This document shows, one piece after another, positions 19,511-29,044 of a stretch of DNA of 64,000 nt. A program made the translations under genes and the position numbers. How positions within the stretch are numbered: the first letter of the stretch is position 1; each line of letters begins with the position of its first letter. The notes under the pieces are model-generated. The model ran no database searches. It was not told the DNA's origin and saw only the letters and a program-made list of their open reading frames with translations. This DNA comes from Clostridium sp. (GTDB taxonomy: Bacteria; Bacillota; Clostridia; Clostridiales; Clostridiaceae), in assembly GCA_036637795.1 (NCBI GenBank), contig JAVWLU010000008.1:1823-65822 (forward strand). The letters run 5' to 3'.

Positions 19511-20320
19511 ATGGAGTTTTTAGGCTTACTAGGTGAGAAACTACACCATAGTCTTTCACCAGAAATTCATTCACTAATATTTAAAGACTTAAAAAAGCAA
19601 GATTCATATAGACTCTTTGAAGTTGAAAAAGGTAATCTAAATAAATTTATAGATTCAGTAAAACTTTTAAAGGTTAAGGGGTTTAATATAACAATTCCAT
19701 ATAAAAAAGATATTATGGAGTATTTAGATTATATTTCTCCAGAAGCTAAAAAAATTGATGCAGTTAATACTGTTATTAATATTGATGGAAAGTTAAAAGG
19801 ATATAATACTGATTATTATGGATTTGGGATGCTTTTAGAAAATAATGATATTAAGGTTAAAGATAAGGTCTGCACAGTACTAGGTTATGGCGGTGCATGT
19901 AAGGCTGTATTACATTACTTGATTGATAGTGAAGCAAAGATTATATATATAGTAACTAGAGATCCTAAAAAAATTGATTTAAGTGAATATGATAATGTTA
20001 GAGTTATATCCTATGATGAACTTAAAGATATAAAAGGTGATGTAGTAATAAATTCAACACCAGTTGGTATGTATCCTAATGTTGGAGTTTCACCAATATC
20101 AAAGGACATAGTAAGTAATTATGATGCTTTAGTGGATTTAATCTATAATCCAGAAAAAACAGAGTTTTTAAATTTAGGTGAATCCATGGGGAAGAAATCA
20201 ATCAATGGATTACTAATGTTAGTTGGGCAAGCTGTGAAGGCAGAAGAGATTTGGAATGATGTAAAGATAAAGGAAGAATGTATAGACACAATATACAATA
20301 AATTAAAAGAAAAGTTCTAG
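19511..20320 (+). CDS. aroE: shikimate dehydrogenase
   Basis: HSLSPEIH, NITIPYK, AVNT, NTDYYG. Confidence 0.94.
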   Translation: MEFLGLLGEKLHHSLSPEIHSLIFKDLKKQDSYRLFEVEKGNLNKFIDSVKLLKVKGFNITIPYKKDIMEYLDYISPEAKKIDAVNTVINIDGKLKGYNTDYYGFGMLLENNDIKVKDKVCTVLGYGGACKAVLHYLIDSEAKIIYIVTRDPKKIDLSEYDNVRVISYDELKDIKGDVVINSTPVGMYPNVGVSPISKDIVSNYDALVDLIYNPEKTEFLNLGESMGKKSINGLLMLVGQAVKAEEIWNDVKIKEECIDTIYNKLKEKF

Positions 20321-20328
20321 GTGGTATT

Positions 20329-20838
20329 ATGGGGAATAAAAATATAGTTTTAATAGGTATGCCAGGGTGTGGTAAGTCAGTATTAGCAAGACTTTTGAGT
20401 AAAAAAACTGATATTAATTATATTGATTTAGATAAATATATTCAAGGGAAAACTAATAGTACGATAGCAGATTTATTTAAATTAGGTGAGGATTATTTTA
20501 GAAATATAGAAAGCTTAATTTGTAAAGAAGTAAGTTTATTTGATAATGTTATAATATCCACTGGTGGTGGAGTAGTTAAAAGAAAAGAGAATATAGATAA
20601 CCTAAAGAAGAACGGAATTATTGTGTTTATAGACAGACCACTAGATAAAATTTTAAAGGATATAAATACATCATCAAGACCATTACTTAATGATGGAAAA
20701 GAGAAATTAATATCTTTATATGAAGAAAGGTATCCATTATATAATGAATATTGTGATTTAAGGATTGTAAATGATAGAAGTTTAGAGGATACTATAAATT
20801 GTATAATAGATGGGGTAAAGGAGCTTGCTTTAACATGA
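20329..20838 (+). CDS. aroK: shikimate kinase
   Basis: GMPGCGKS P-loop, STGGG, RPLL. Confidence 0.94.
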   Translation: MGNKNIVLIGMPGCGKSVLARLLSKKTDINYIDLDKYIQGKTNSTIADLFKLGEDYFRNIESLICKEVSLFDNVIISTGGGVVKRKENIDNLKKNGIIVFIDRPLDKILKDINTSSRPLLNDGKEKLISLYEERYPLYNEYCDLRIVNDRSLEDTINCIIDGVKELALT

Positions 20839-21269
20839 AAATAAAAGTAATAAACGGTCCTAATCTAAATATGGTTGGTATAAGAGAAAAAGGCATATAT
20901 GGAACTAAGGATTATAAAGATATATGTGAGTATATAATTGAATATGGAAAAGAAAAAAGTATAGAAGTGGATGTTTTCCAAAGTAATATAGAAGGTGAAC
21001 TTATAAATCAGATTCATAGTTGCTATTTTGAAAACTATGATGGACTTATAATTAATCCAGGAGCATTCACACATTATAGCTATGCATTATATGATGCAAT
21101 TAAGGCTGCAAATACTAAAACTATAGAGGTACATCTTTCTAATGTACATGCAAGAGATGAGTTTAGGCATAAGTCAGTAACTGCTCCAGCATGTATTGGA
21201 CAAATCTGTGGATTTGGAGAAGATGGATATATTATGGCTTTAGATCAATTTAAGAGATTATTAGGATAA
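20835..21269 (+). CDS. aroQ: type II 3-dehydroquinate dehydratase
   Basis: NGPNLN, INPGAFTH, EVHLSN; ATG 20835 overlaps the aroK stop (ATGA). Confidence 0.95.
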   Translation: MKIKVINGPNLNMVGIREKGIYGTKDYKDICEYIIEYGKEKSIEVDVFQSNIEGELINQIHSCYFENYDGLIINPGAFTHYSYALYDAIKAANTKTIEVHLSNVHARDEFRHKSVTAPACIGQICGFGEDGYIMALDQFKRLLG

Positions 21270-21316
21270 ATGTAGAGTCCTAGTAAATAATAAAAAGTAG
21301 TATGGAGGTATGGAAA

Positions 21317-22339
21317 ATGATTATTGTAATGAATCCAAAGTGCAATGAGAATGAAGTTAAGAAGGTTACGGAGAGTTTAGAGAGATTAGGGTTAGGGATA
21401 CACTTATCACAAGGTAGTACATTTTGTATCGTAGGAGTTGTAGGAGATGCAGCTATTATCGATTCAAATAAATTACTAAGATATGCTGGTGTAGAAAAAA
21501 TAATTAAGGTTCAAGAACCATTTAAAAAGGCTAATAGATTATTTAAGCCTGAAGATACTGTAATTGATGTTTATGGTAGCTTAGTTGGTGGTGGAAACTT
21601 AGGAATAATGGCAGGACCATGTTCTGTTGAATCAGAAGAACAAATAATTGAAATTGCAAAGAGTGTTAAGGCTTCAGGAGCAAACTTCTTAAGAGGTGGT
21701 GCGTTTAAGCCAAGAACTTCACCATATAGTTTCCAAGGGATGGAGCTTGAAGGGTTAGAGCTTCTAAAGAAAGCAAAAAAGGAAACAGGTCTTCCAATAG
21801 TTACAGAATTAATGTCAACTGACTACATTGATAAGTTTGTTGAAGATGTTGATGTTATTCAAATTGGTGCTAGAAATATGCAAAACTTTGATTTATTAAA
21901 GCAAATAGGTAAAACAGATAAAACTATTCTTTTAAAGAGAGGATTATCTTCAACTATTGAAGAATGGTTAATGAGTGCTGAATACATCATGGCTGGTGGA
22001 AATGATAAAGTAATTTTATGTGAAAGAGGAATTAGAACATTTGAAACTTACACAAGAAATACTTTAGATTTATCTGCTATACCAATGGTTAAGAAGCTAT
22101 CACATTTACCTGTAATTGTAGATCCAAGTCATGCAGCAGGATACTGGTACCTAGTAGAGCCATTAGCTAAAGCAGCAATAGCAGCTGGTGCAGATGGTCT
22201 TATGATTGAAGTTCACAATAATCCAGAATGTGCATTAAGTGATGGACAACAATCAATTAAGCCAGAAAGCTTTGAAGAGTTAATGAAAAAGATAAAAGTA
22301 TTAGCTGAAATGGAAGGCAAAAAAATAATAACATTATAA
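21317..22339 (+). CDS. aroF: DAHP synthase type I-beta, paralog 2
   Basis: Same catalytic motifs as the 13625 copy; ATG 21317 behind GGAGG. Confidence 0.94.
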   Translation: MIIVMNPKCNENEVKKVTESLERLGLGIHLSQGSTFCIVGVVGDAAIIDSNKLLRYAGVEKIIKVQEPFKKANRLFKPEDTVIDVYGSLVGGGNLGIMAGPCSVESEEQIIEIAKSVKASGANFLRGGAFKPRTSPYSFQGMELEGLELLKKAKKETGLPIVTELMSTDYIDKFVEDVDVIQIGARNMQNFDLLKQIGKTDKTILLKRGLSSTIEEWLMSAEYIMAGGNDKVILCERGIRTFETYTRNTLDLSAIPMVKKLSHLPVIVDPSHAAGYWYLVEPLAKAAIAAGADGLMIEVHNNPECALSDGQQSIKPESFEELMKKIKVLAEMEGKKIITL

Positions 22340-22354
22340 TTGTGGGGGGAAATC

Positions 22355-23188
22355 ATGAATATTGTTATTGTAGGTTTAGGTGTTATTGGTGGTTCTTACG
22401 CTAAAGCGCTTAAAGCAGCAGGTTATGAAGACGTGTATGGGATAGATAAAAATGAGGAAACATTAAAGAAAGCAGTAGAGCTTGGAATTATTAAAGCAGG
22501 TTATGTAGATGGCTCAAAATGTGTGAGAAATGCAGACTTAATAGTTTTGTCAATTTACCCAAGACTAGTTAAAGACTTTATTGAAGATAATAAACTTAAC
22601 TTTAAAGATGGAGCTGTAATAACAGATGCAACAGGAATCAAGGAAATGTTTATAAAAGAAGTTATAGAAATATTACCTGATAATGTTGATTTTGTATTTG
22701 GACACCCAATGGCTGGTAGAGAAAAGAAAGGAATCGACTTTTCATCTGCTGAAGTATTTAGGGGAGCAAACTACCTAATTACAGTAATAGATAGAAATAA
22801 AGAAGAGAATATCGAATTAATAGAAAAAATTGCTTCAGAAATGGGCTTTAAAAGAATAAAAAGGATAACACCAGACTTTCATGACGAAATGATTAGCTTT
22901 ACTTCACAGCTTCCTCATGCATTAGCAGTTGCACTTATAAATGCAGATGAAGAGGGAAGAGATACAGGAAGTTTTATTGGAGATAGTTATAGGGATTTAA
23001 CTCGAATAGCTAATATAAATGAAGATTTATGGAGTGAACTTTTCCTGGGAAATAAGCATAATTTGATAAAATCTATCATTATGTTTGAAGATGAATTGAT
23101 GAAAATAAAAATGGCGTTAGTTCATGAGGATAAAGAGAAGTTAAAGGTGTTATTTAGGGAAAGTACAGCGAGAAGAGAGAAACTTTAA
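22355..23188 (+). CDS. tyrA: prephenate dehydrogenase
   Basis: GLGVIGGS, GHPMAG, HD...TSQLPH, DLTRIA. Confidence 0.92.
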   Translation: MNIVIVGLGVIGGSYAKALKAAGYEDVYGIDKNEETLKKAVELGIIKAGYVDGSKCVRNADLIVLSIYPRLVKDFIEDNKLNFKDGAVITDATGIKEMFIKEVIEILPDNVDFVFGHPMAGREKKGIDFSSAEVFRGANYLITVIDRNKEENIELIEKIASEMGFKRIKRITPDFHDEMISFTSQLPHALAVALINADEEGRDTGSFIGDSYRDLTRIANINEDLWSELFLGNKHNLIKSIIMFEDELMKIKMALVHEDKEKLKVLFRESTARREKL

Positions 23189-23334
23189 TAAAAGGGTATA
23201 AAGCTATATTGGCTTTATACCCTTTTAATTTATAATACAAAGAAATTCTTAAAGAATTTCCACCTTAATGCAATCTTTGATTGCCATTTCATGTGAAGAT
23301 ACTGAACCCTCTCACCGAGCCTTAGCGACACTTT
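23189..23334 (+). repeat. repeat family B, full copy, starting with the aro operon terminator
   Basis: AAAAGGGTATAAAGC...GCTTTATACCCTTTT then about 80 bp closely matching the reverse complement of 27791-27875. Confidence 0.85.
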
Positions 23335-23337
23335 AAC

Positions 23338-23640
23338 TTAATAATAATCTGATTGTATTCCAGATGCTTCTACCATAGTTATAACTGCTGTTACTATGTG
23401 AAGTATCATACTTAGTATTGGAATCCAACCTAATGCTGCCGACACTATGCCTAGTATGTTTCCTGCTATAGGTAAATCTTCATTTTTTGATAATACTAAA
23501 GTTGTTATGTGTAATGCTAACATTGCTACCAGTGGAATGTATAAAAATGAAGCTACAAATATTGTACCTACAAATGGAATGCCTAGAAATACTTCTATTC
23601 CACCAGCAACCCATTTAAGAATTTTAACATTTTTTTTCAT
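23338..23640 (-). CDS. small membrane protein
   Basis: 100 aa, mostly hydrophobic; GGAG RBS. Confidence 0.75.
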   Translation of the reverse strand: MKKNVKILKWVAGGIEVFLGIPFVGTIFVASFLYIPLVAMLALHITTLVLSKNEDLPIAGNILGIVSAALGWIPILSMILHIVTAVITMVEASGIQSDYY

Positions 23641-23712
23641 TAAATTACTCCTATTATAAAGTTTTTAATTTATAGTAATTAAAGTTGATAAAAAAGTAAT
23701 GAATTATTAAAG

Positions 23713-24036
23713 TTAGTTTAAATCAGTATAGTCTGTAGGAGTAAATTCAGATTCTTTTTTACTTAATTGAACAAGATGAATGATGTATCCAATTGCCTCA
23801 ACTATACCAGCCCATGTCCAGAATAGCCCCCAAATGATAGTTAGAACGATCATAGCAATTGTCCAACCTTTACTCATTTTATTGATAGCAAAATATCTAC
23901 CAACCCATGATAAAGCGATGACAGGAGCTCCAAAAACAACCCCAATTCCTAAAGTAGCAAAGATTAATAATCCGCTGAAAACTGTAGTAAGTATTGCACC
24001 AACTAGAGTGGTGACTTTTGCACCAGTACTTGCCAT
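23713..24036 (-). CDS. small membrane protein, paralog of 24275-24598
   Basis: 107 aa; shares TTLVGAILTTVFS and KGWTIAMIVLT with neighbour; AAGGGGG RBS. Confidence 0.8.
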   Translation of the reverse strand: MASTGAKVTTLVGAILTTVFSGLLIFATLGIGVVFGAPVIALSWVGRYFAINKMSKGWTIAMIVLTIIWGLFWTWAGIVEAIGYIIHLVQLSKKESEFTPTDYTDLN

Positions 24037-24274
24037 AGTATTTCCCCCTTAAATTTTATAATATACTTTTATTAGTATGGTAAAGGTGATGAAAAAATGA
24101 ATAAAATGTTAAAAATAATATTAAGTAATGTTTTATGCATAAAATTAAAGGATAGGTAATAGTAAGAAGTGTTTTTAAAATATAAGAAAAAAATCCAATG
24201 AAAAGTGTTAACTTTCCATTGGATTTTTTAGATACCAAAAGGTTAATAAATTCAATTTATATATACTGTATTAA

Positions 24275-24598
24275 TTAAAATTGAGTAAACTCTTGTGGTT
24301 CGTTAATTAAAGTAGGTTGTTTGTTTAAGTTAACTAAATGAATTATGTAACCAACTAATTCTACAACTCCACCCCAAGTCCAGAAAAATCCCCATATTGC
24401 AGTTAAAACGATCATAGCGATTGTCCAACCCTTGTTCATTTTATTAATTGCCATGTGTCTTCCAACCCATGCAAATACAATAACAGGAACTGAGAAGATA
24501 ACTCCGATTCCAAAAGTAGCTATTATCAATAATGAACTGAAAACAGTTGTTAAAATAGCACCAACTAAAGTGGTGATTCTTGCACCTTTACTTGCCAT
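24275..24598 (-). CDS. small membrane protein, paralog of 23713-24036
   Basis: 107 aa; same shared blocks; AGGGGG RBS. Confidence 0.8.
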   Translation of the reverse strand: MASKGARITTLVGAILTTVFSSLLIIATFGIGVIFSVPVIVFAWVGRHMAINKMNKGWTIAMIVLTAIWGFFWTWGGVVELVGYIIHLVNLNKQPTLINEPQEFTQF

Positions 24599-24728
24599 TT
24601 GTTTTTCCCCCTAAACCATTAATATATTGTTAAAGTAGTACTAAAGTGTTAATAAAATATTAATACTTTAGTACTTTAATATTATAAAGGTTAAAAGGCG
24701 AATAAGCAATAAAACTGCAGAAAAATGT

Positions 24729-25286
24729 CTATAGACCTTTTTCGTTAGTGTTAAAGCCTCTCTCATTTAAGATTTCATAGATTGTTTTAGAGTTTGTATC
24801 ATCTAAAGTATATCCTAATATTTTAACTATTTTAGCTAATTCTTCTTCGCAGTGAGTTTCTATTTCTAAATAAGGGAAAGGACAGAAACTTGGATCATTA
24901 ATATCTATTTCAACTAGAGAATCTCCAATTTTGTAGCTTTCTCTATATTTTTTTATTGATTGAACTAACTCAAGGCCAAGTGAAGTAAATATTTTTGCTC
25001 CCATTTCTTTATCTTCTATTATAGTTTCATTTTCTTCCATCTCTTTAAAACGACCTTGATGTAACATCTTTTTTGTAGTCATAAATGATGTTTCTATCCC
25101 TTTAATTCTATCAACAGTAGTTCTTATTCTTGCATATCCTTTAGCATCTAAAAGTCTTCTATCTGCAAAATCATATATGTTATTTACCTGGTCTTCAGAC
25201 TTTACTTTTTCAGCTCCGTAAGTAGTAAGAATATTCCTGATATTATCAACATCTATATCTAAAATTCTAGTTTCTAATTCTTTCAT
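24729..25286 (-). CDS. CYTH-domain protein (class IV adenylate cyclase-like)
   Basis: N-terminal ELETR (ExExK-like), ARIR, KYRESY, YLEIE. Confidence 0.8.
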   Translation of the reverse strand: MKELETRILDIDVDNIRNILTTYGAEKVKSEDQVNNIYDFADRRLLDAKGYARIRTTVDRIKGIETSFMTTKKMLHQGRFKEMEENETIIEDKEMGAKIFTSLGLELVQSIKKYRESYKIGDSLVEIDINDPSFCPFPYLEIETHCEEELAKIVKILGYTLDDTNSKTIYEILNERGFNTNEKGL

Positions 25287-25434
25287 AAAAAAAGCCTCCT
25301 AAATTTATTATATTAATAGTATAACCAAAAAGTTTCAGGAAAACTATGTCTATTTATATATGAAATTCACATAGCATTTATTAAGTATCTTTAGTATAAT
25401 ATAACCTAGACAATTTGGACTTAGGAGGAAAATA

Positions 25435-26475
25435 ATGCAATACGTTAATGATATAAATATTCAAGAAGCTGTAATTCATATATTAGATGCAAATGGTGAA
25501 GAACCTGTTTTAAATGAATATAATCTTGAATTAAATGATGATATTTATAAATTTTTACATAAGCACTTAGAAAAATGTTTGAAGGATGAAGAACTTAAAT
25601 ATGCTGTTTTTAATCCTGAAAGAAACATAGTTAAAGAGATTGTCCAAGACTATTTAAATGGTATTGATAATGATCTTATAGCAGTATCAAAAGAATTATC
25701 AAGACAACTTTTTGCAATTATGAAAGGGAACACTAATATTCCTTCATGTGATTTATTAATAGTTTCTTTAATAACAGATCAAGGACCAATGATTGGATTA
25801 TTGAAAATGGATTATGTTAAAAACTTTACTCATAAAATTGATTTTGTTGATGAAAAAATCGGCATTGATATAGTTCCACAAGCAGCAGGTTTACCAGCTT
25901 CATCACAAAGAATACAAAAAGCAGCTTTTATTAAGCCAATTAGAGAAGAACAAAAATTTGATTTATACGTGATTGATAAGCAAAGGAAATCCAAAGAAGA
26001 CGAAGAGTATGGTGCAAATTACTTTATGAATAGCTTCTTAGGATGCCAAGTTATATCAAGTGAAAGAGATATGACAAAGACATTTTTAAAAGCAGCAGAG
26101 ACTTGGACTAGAAGCAATATCAAAGAAGATGCAGGTAAAGCTGAGCAAATAAGATCAACAGTTAAGTCTAAACTTAAATCTGAAGATACTATCAATATCG
26201 AAGAGATATCACAAGAATTATTTAAAGAAGAACCTCAAAAAAGAGATGATTTTAAAATGTTTGTAAAAGGTCATGGGCTTGAGGAAGAAGTTTCTGTAGA
26301 TAAAGCTTGGGTAGAAAAGAAATTAAAAAGAGTAAGACTAAAAATAGATAAAGATATTGATTTATATATAAATGAAGAAGCATACGATGATTCATCAAGA
26401 TTTGAAATTACAAGAAATGGTGATGGAAGCATAAATATGACTATAAAGCACGTAAATAACTACATTGAAAAATAA
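25435..26475 (+). CDS. nucleoid-associated protein (NdpA/YejK-like 37-kDa family)
   Basis: IHILD start, IGLLKMDY, IQKAAFI, YFMNSFLGC. Confidence 0.75.
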   Translation: MQYVNDINIQEAVIHILDANGEEPVLNEYNLELNDDIYKFLHKHLEKCLKDEELKYAVFNPERNIVKEIVQDYLNGIDNDLIAVSKELSRQLFAIMKGNTNIPSCDLLIVSLITDQGPMIGLLKMDYVKNFTHKIDFVDEKIGIDIVPQAAGLPASSQRIQKAAFIKPIREEQKFDLYVIDKQRKSKEDEEYGANYFMNSFLGCQVISSERDMTKTFLKAAETWTRSNIKEDAGKAEQIRSTVKSKLKSEDTINIEEISQELFKEEPQKRDDFKMFVKGHGLEEEVSVDKAWVEKKLKRVRLKIDKDIDLYINEEAYDDSSRFEITRNGDGSINMTIKHVNNYIEK

Positions 26476-26501
26476 ATTGTAGTACGAAGGAGAAAATAAT
26501 A

Positions 26502-27779
26502 ATGAATAAAAAGGGGAGCATATTGTCTCTTTTACCTTTAGCAGTCTTTATGATTGTTTACTTGGGAGGAGCGGCCTTAGCTAAAGATTTTTATGCAGTT
26601 TCAGTAATTGTTCCATTTATGGCAGCAGCTTTAACGGCATTAATAATGAATACAAAAGAGAAGTTTCAAGATAAATTAGAGATATTCTGCAAGGGTTCAG
26701 GAAATAGTAACATAATGCTTATGATATTAATATTTATTATTGCAGGTGCATTTGCAAATGTTGCTAAGTCAATGGGAGCTGTTGATTCAACAGTTAATTT
26801 AGGGCTATCTATATTACCAAGTAATATATTAGTAGCAGGATTATTTGCAATAGCTTGTTTCATAGCTTTATCAGTAGGCACTTCAATGGGAACAATAGTT
26901 GCATTAGTACCAATTGCAGTTGGACTTTCAGAAAGTACTGGAATTAGTGTTGCTTTAATCACAGGGGCAGTTGTAAGTGGTGCTATGTTTGGGGATAACC
27001 TTTCAATTATCTCAGATACAACAATTGCAGCGACTAGAACTCAAGGGTGTGAAATGAGAGATAAGTTTAAAATGAACTTTAAAATTGTTTTACCGGCAGC
27101 CATAATAACAGCGATTATATTTATGGTTTTAACTAGTGGTGCAAATGCTACAGTTGAAGCTGGTGAATATAGCTTAATAAAAATAGTTCCATATCTATTT
27201 GTTATAATAACAGCTTTAATGGGCGTTAATGTTATTTATGTACTTTTAGGCGGAGTAGTAGTTGCAGGAGCAGTAGGATTTATAACAGGCGGATTTACAC
27301 TATTAACATTCTTCGAAGCAATATCTTCAGGGGTAATGGGAATGAGTGAACTTATTATAGTATCAATTCTAATTGCAGGAACAATTGAAATTATAAAATA
27401 TAATGGTGGAATAGATTATATACTTAGCAAGGGTTTAAAGAACTTTAAGAGCAAAAGAGGAGCTGAGTATGGGATTGCTGCATTAACAAGTGTAGTGGAT
27501 GTGTGTACAGCAAATAACACTATTGCTATAGTAACAGTAGGACCAATAGCTAAAAATATATCAGATGAATTCGAATTAGAACCAAAAAGAGTAGCAGGAA
27601 TTATGGATATGTTCTCATGTGTATTCCAAGGAATAATACCTTACGGAGCACAATTAATTTCAGCATCAGGACTAGCTATGATATCTCCATTTGCAATTAT
27701 GCAATACTTATTCTATCCATACTTGATGGGTGTGAGTGCTATTATTGCTATTTGGATTTATCATAGAAAAAAGAAATAA
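26502..27779 (+). CDS. NhaC-family Na+/H+ antiporter or amino acid transporter
   Basis: GTSMGT, SGAMFGDNLSIISDTTI; many TM helices. Confidence 0.85.
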   Translation: MNKKGSILSLLPLAVFMIVYLGGAALAKDFYAVSVIVPFMAAALTALIMNTKEKFQDKLEIFCKGSGNSNIMLMILIFIIAGAFANVAKSMGAVDSTVNLGLSILPSNILVAGLFAIACFIALSVGTSMGTIVALVPIAVGLSESTGISVALITGAVVSGAMFGDNLSIISDTTIAATRTQGCEMRDKFKMNFKIVLPAAIITAIIFMVLTSGANATVEAGEYSLIKIVPYLFVIITALMGVNVIYVLLGGVVVAGAVGFITGGFTLLTFFEAISSGVMGMSELIIVSILIAGTIEIIKYNGGIDYILSKGLKNFKSKRGAEYGIAALTSVVDVCTANNTIAIVTVGPIAKNISDEFELEPKRVAGIMDMFSCVFQGIIPYGAQLISASGLAMISPFAIMQYLFYPYLMGVSAIIAIWIYHRKKK

Positions 27780-27790
27780 GGATTTTAGTG

Positions 27791-27927
27791 AAAGTGTCGC
27801 TAGGGCTCGGTGATAGGGTGATTTACAATCACGTGAGAGGGCAATGGAAGATTGCATTAAGGTGGGAATTTCTTTGAATTATAAGCAAATAAGGATATAA
27901 AGCCAATGTGGCTTTATACCCTTATTT
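27791..27927 (-). repeat. repeat family B, full copy on the opposite strand, with bidirectional terminator hairpin
   Basis: Reverse complement matches 23189-23334; AAATAAGGATATAAAGCCA...TGGCTTTATACCCTTATTT. Confidence 0.85.
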
Positions 27928-27964
27928 CATGTAGCTCTGCTACTTTATACAGAGCGAAGCAACA

Positions 27965-28891
27965 CTATAATCCATTCACTAAAGTAACCATAACAGCCTT
28001 CTGTGCATGTAATCTATTTTCAGCCTCTTCAAAAATCACATCAGCATGCTTTTCAAGTGTCTCTGTAGAAATCTCTTCTTCTCTATGAGCAGGTAAACAA
28101 TGTAGTACAATTGCATCTTCTTTAGCTAGTGACATTATTTCTTCATTAACTTGATACTCTGCAAAGGCTTTTTGTCTTTGTTTAGTTTCATCTTCTTGTC
28201 CCATGCTTGCCCAAACATCTGTAATTACTACATCAGCATTTTTGGCAGCAACTCTAGGGGAGTCTGTTATTATAAAGTTAACATCATTTTCTTTTGATAG
28301 TTTTTCACCTAATTCAAGGTATTCATTTTTAGGTCTATATCCTTCAGGTGTAGCCATGTTGAAGTTCATTCCACAAGTCAAGCAACCAACTAGTAAGCTT
28401 TGTGCCATGTTGTTGCCATCTCCTATATAAGCTACAGTTAAACCTTCTAAAATCTTTTTATTTTCTCTTATTGTCATTAAGTCAGCTAGGACTTGGCAAG
28501 GATGTTCGTCGTCTGTTAATCCATTTATTATTGGAATAGAAGAACACTCAGCAAGTATTTCTACTTCAGATTGATCAAATGTTCTAATCATAATACAATC
28601 TAAATATCTAGAAAGTACTCTAGCTGTATCAATTACAGGTTCTCCACGACCTATTTGTAAGTCATTTGAACTTAAGAATAGTGGGTTACCTCCTAATTGA
28701 GACATTCCAACCTCAAAGCTAACTCTTGTTCTTGTTGATGATTTTTCGAATATCATTCCAAGAGACTTACCTTTCAAGTGATGATGTTCTATTCCACGTT
28801 TTTGTTCATACTTTAGTTGATCTGCAAGATTTAATATTTCAAGAATATCATCTTTCGTCAGATCCTCCATTTTTAATAAATCCTTTTTCAT
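27965..28891 (-). CDS. argF: ornithine carbamoyltransferase
   Basis: SSTRTRVSF, HPCQ, LHCLP. Confidence 0.96.
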   Translation of the reverse strand: MKKDLLKMEDLTKDDILEILNLADQLKYEQKRGIEHHHLKGKSLGMIFEKSSTRTRVSFEVGMSQLGGNPLFLSSNDLQIGRGEPVIDTARVLSRYLDCIMIRTFDQSEVEILAECSSIPIINGLTDDEHPCQVLADLMTIRENKKILEGLTVAYIGDGNNMAQSLLVGCLTCGMNFNMATPEGYRPKNEYLELGEKLSKENDVNFIITDSPRVAAKNADVVITDVWASMGQEDETKQRQKAFAEYQVNEEIMSLAKEDAIVLHCLPAHREEEISTETLEKHADVIFEEAENRLHAQKAVMVTLVNGL

Positions 28892-28903
28892 AAAGTCGCC
28901 CCC

Positions 28904-29042
28904 AATTTAATTTTGAATTTAGAATTTAAAATTAAGAATTAAGGGTGTAATTCCAGAGGAATTACTGTAAAATATATTATTTTAGAAACTCCGTAGGGAG
29001 TTTCAACAACCATTTTACATTCTAAATTCTCAATTCTAAATT
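28904..29042. repeat. repeat family A, copy 3
   Basis: Heptamer arms; GTAATTCC-aga-GGAATTAC and GAAACTCC-gtag-GGAGTTTC hairpins. Confidence 0.85.
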
Positions 29043-29044
29043 TA

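Noticed and set aside
24056-24238. 60-aa ORF between the membrane paralogs
   Set aside because: No RBS, runs through an inverted repeat and AT-rich promoter-like DNA.
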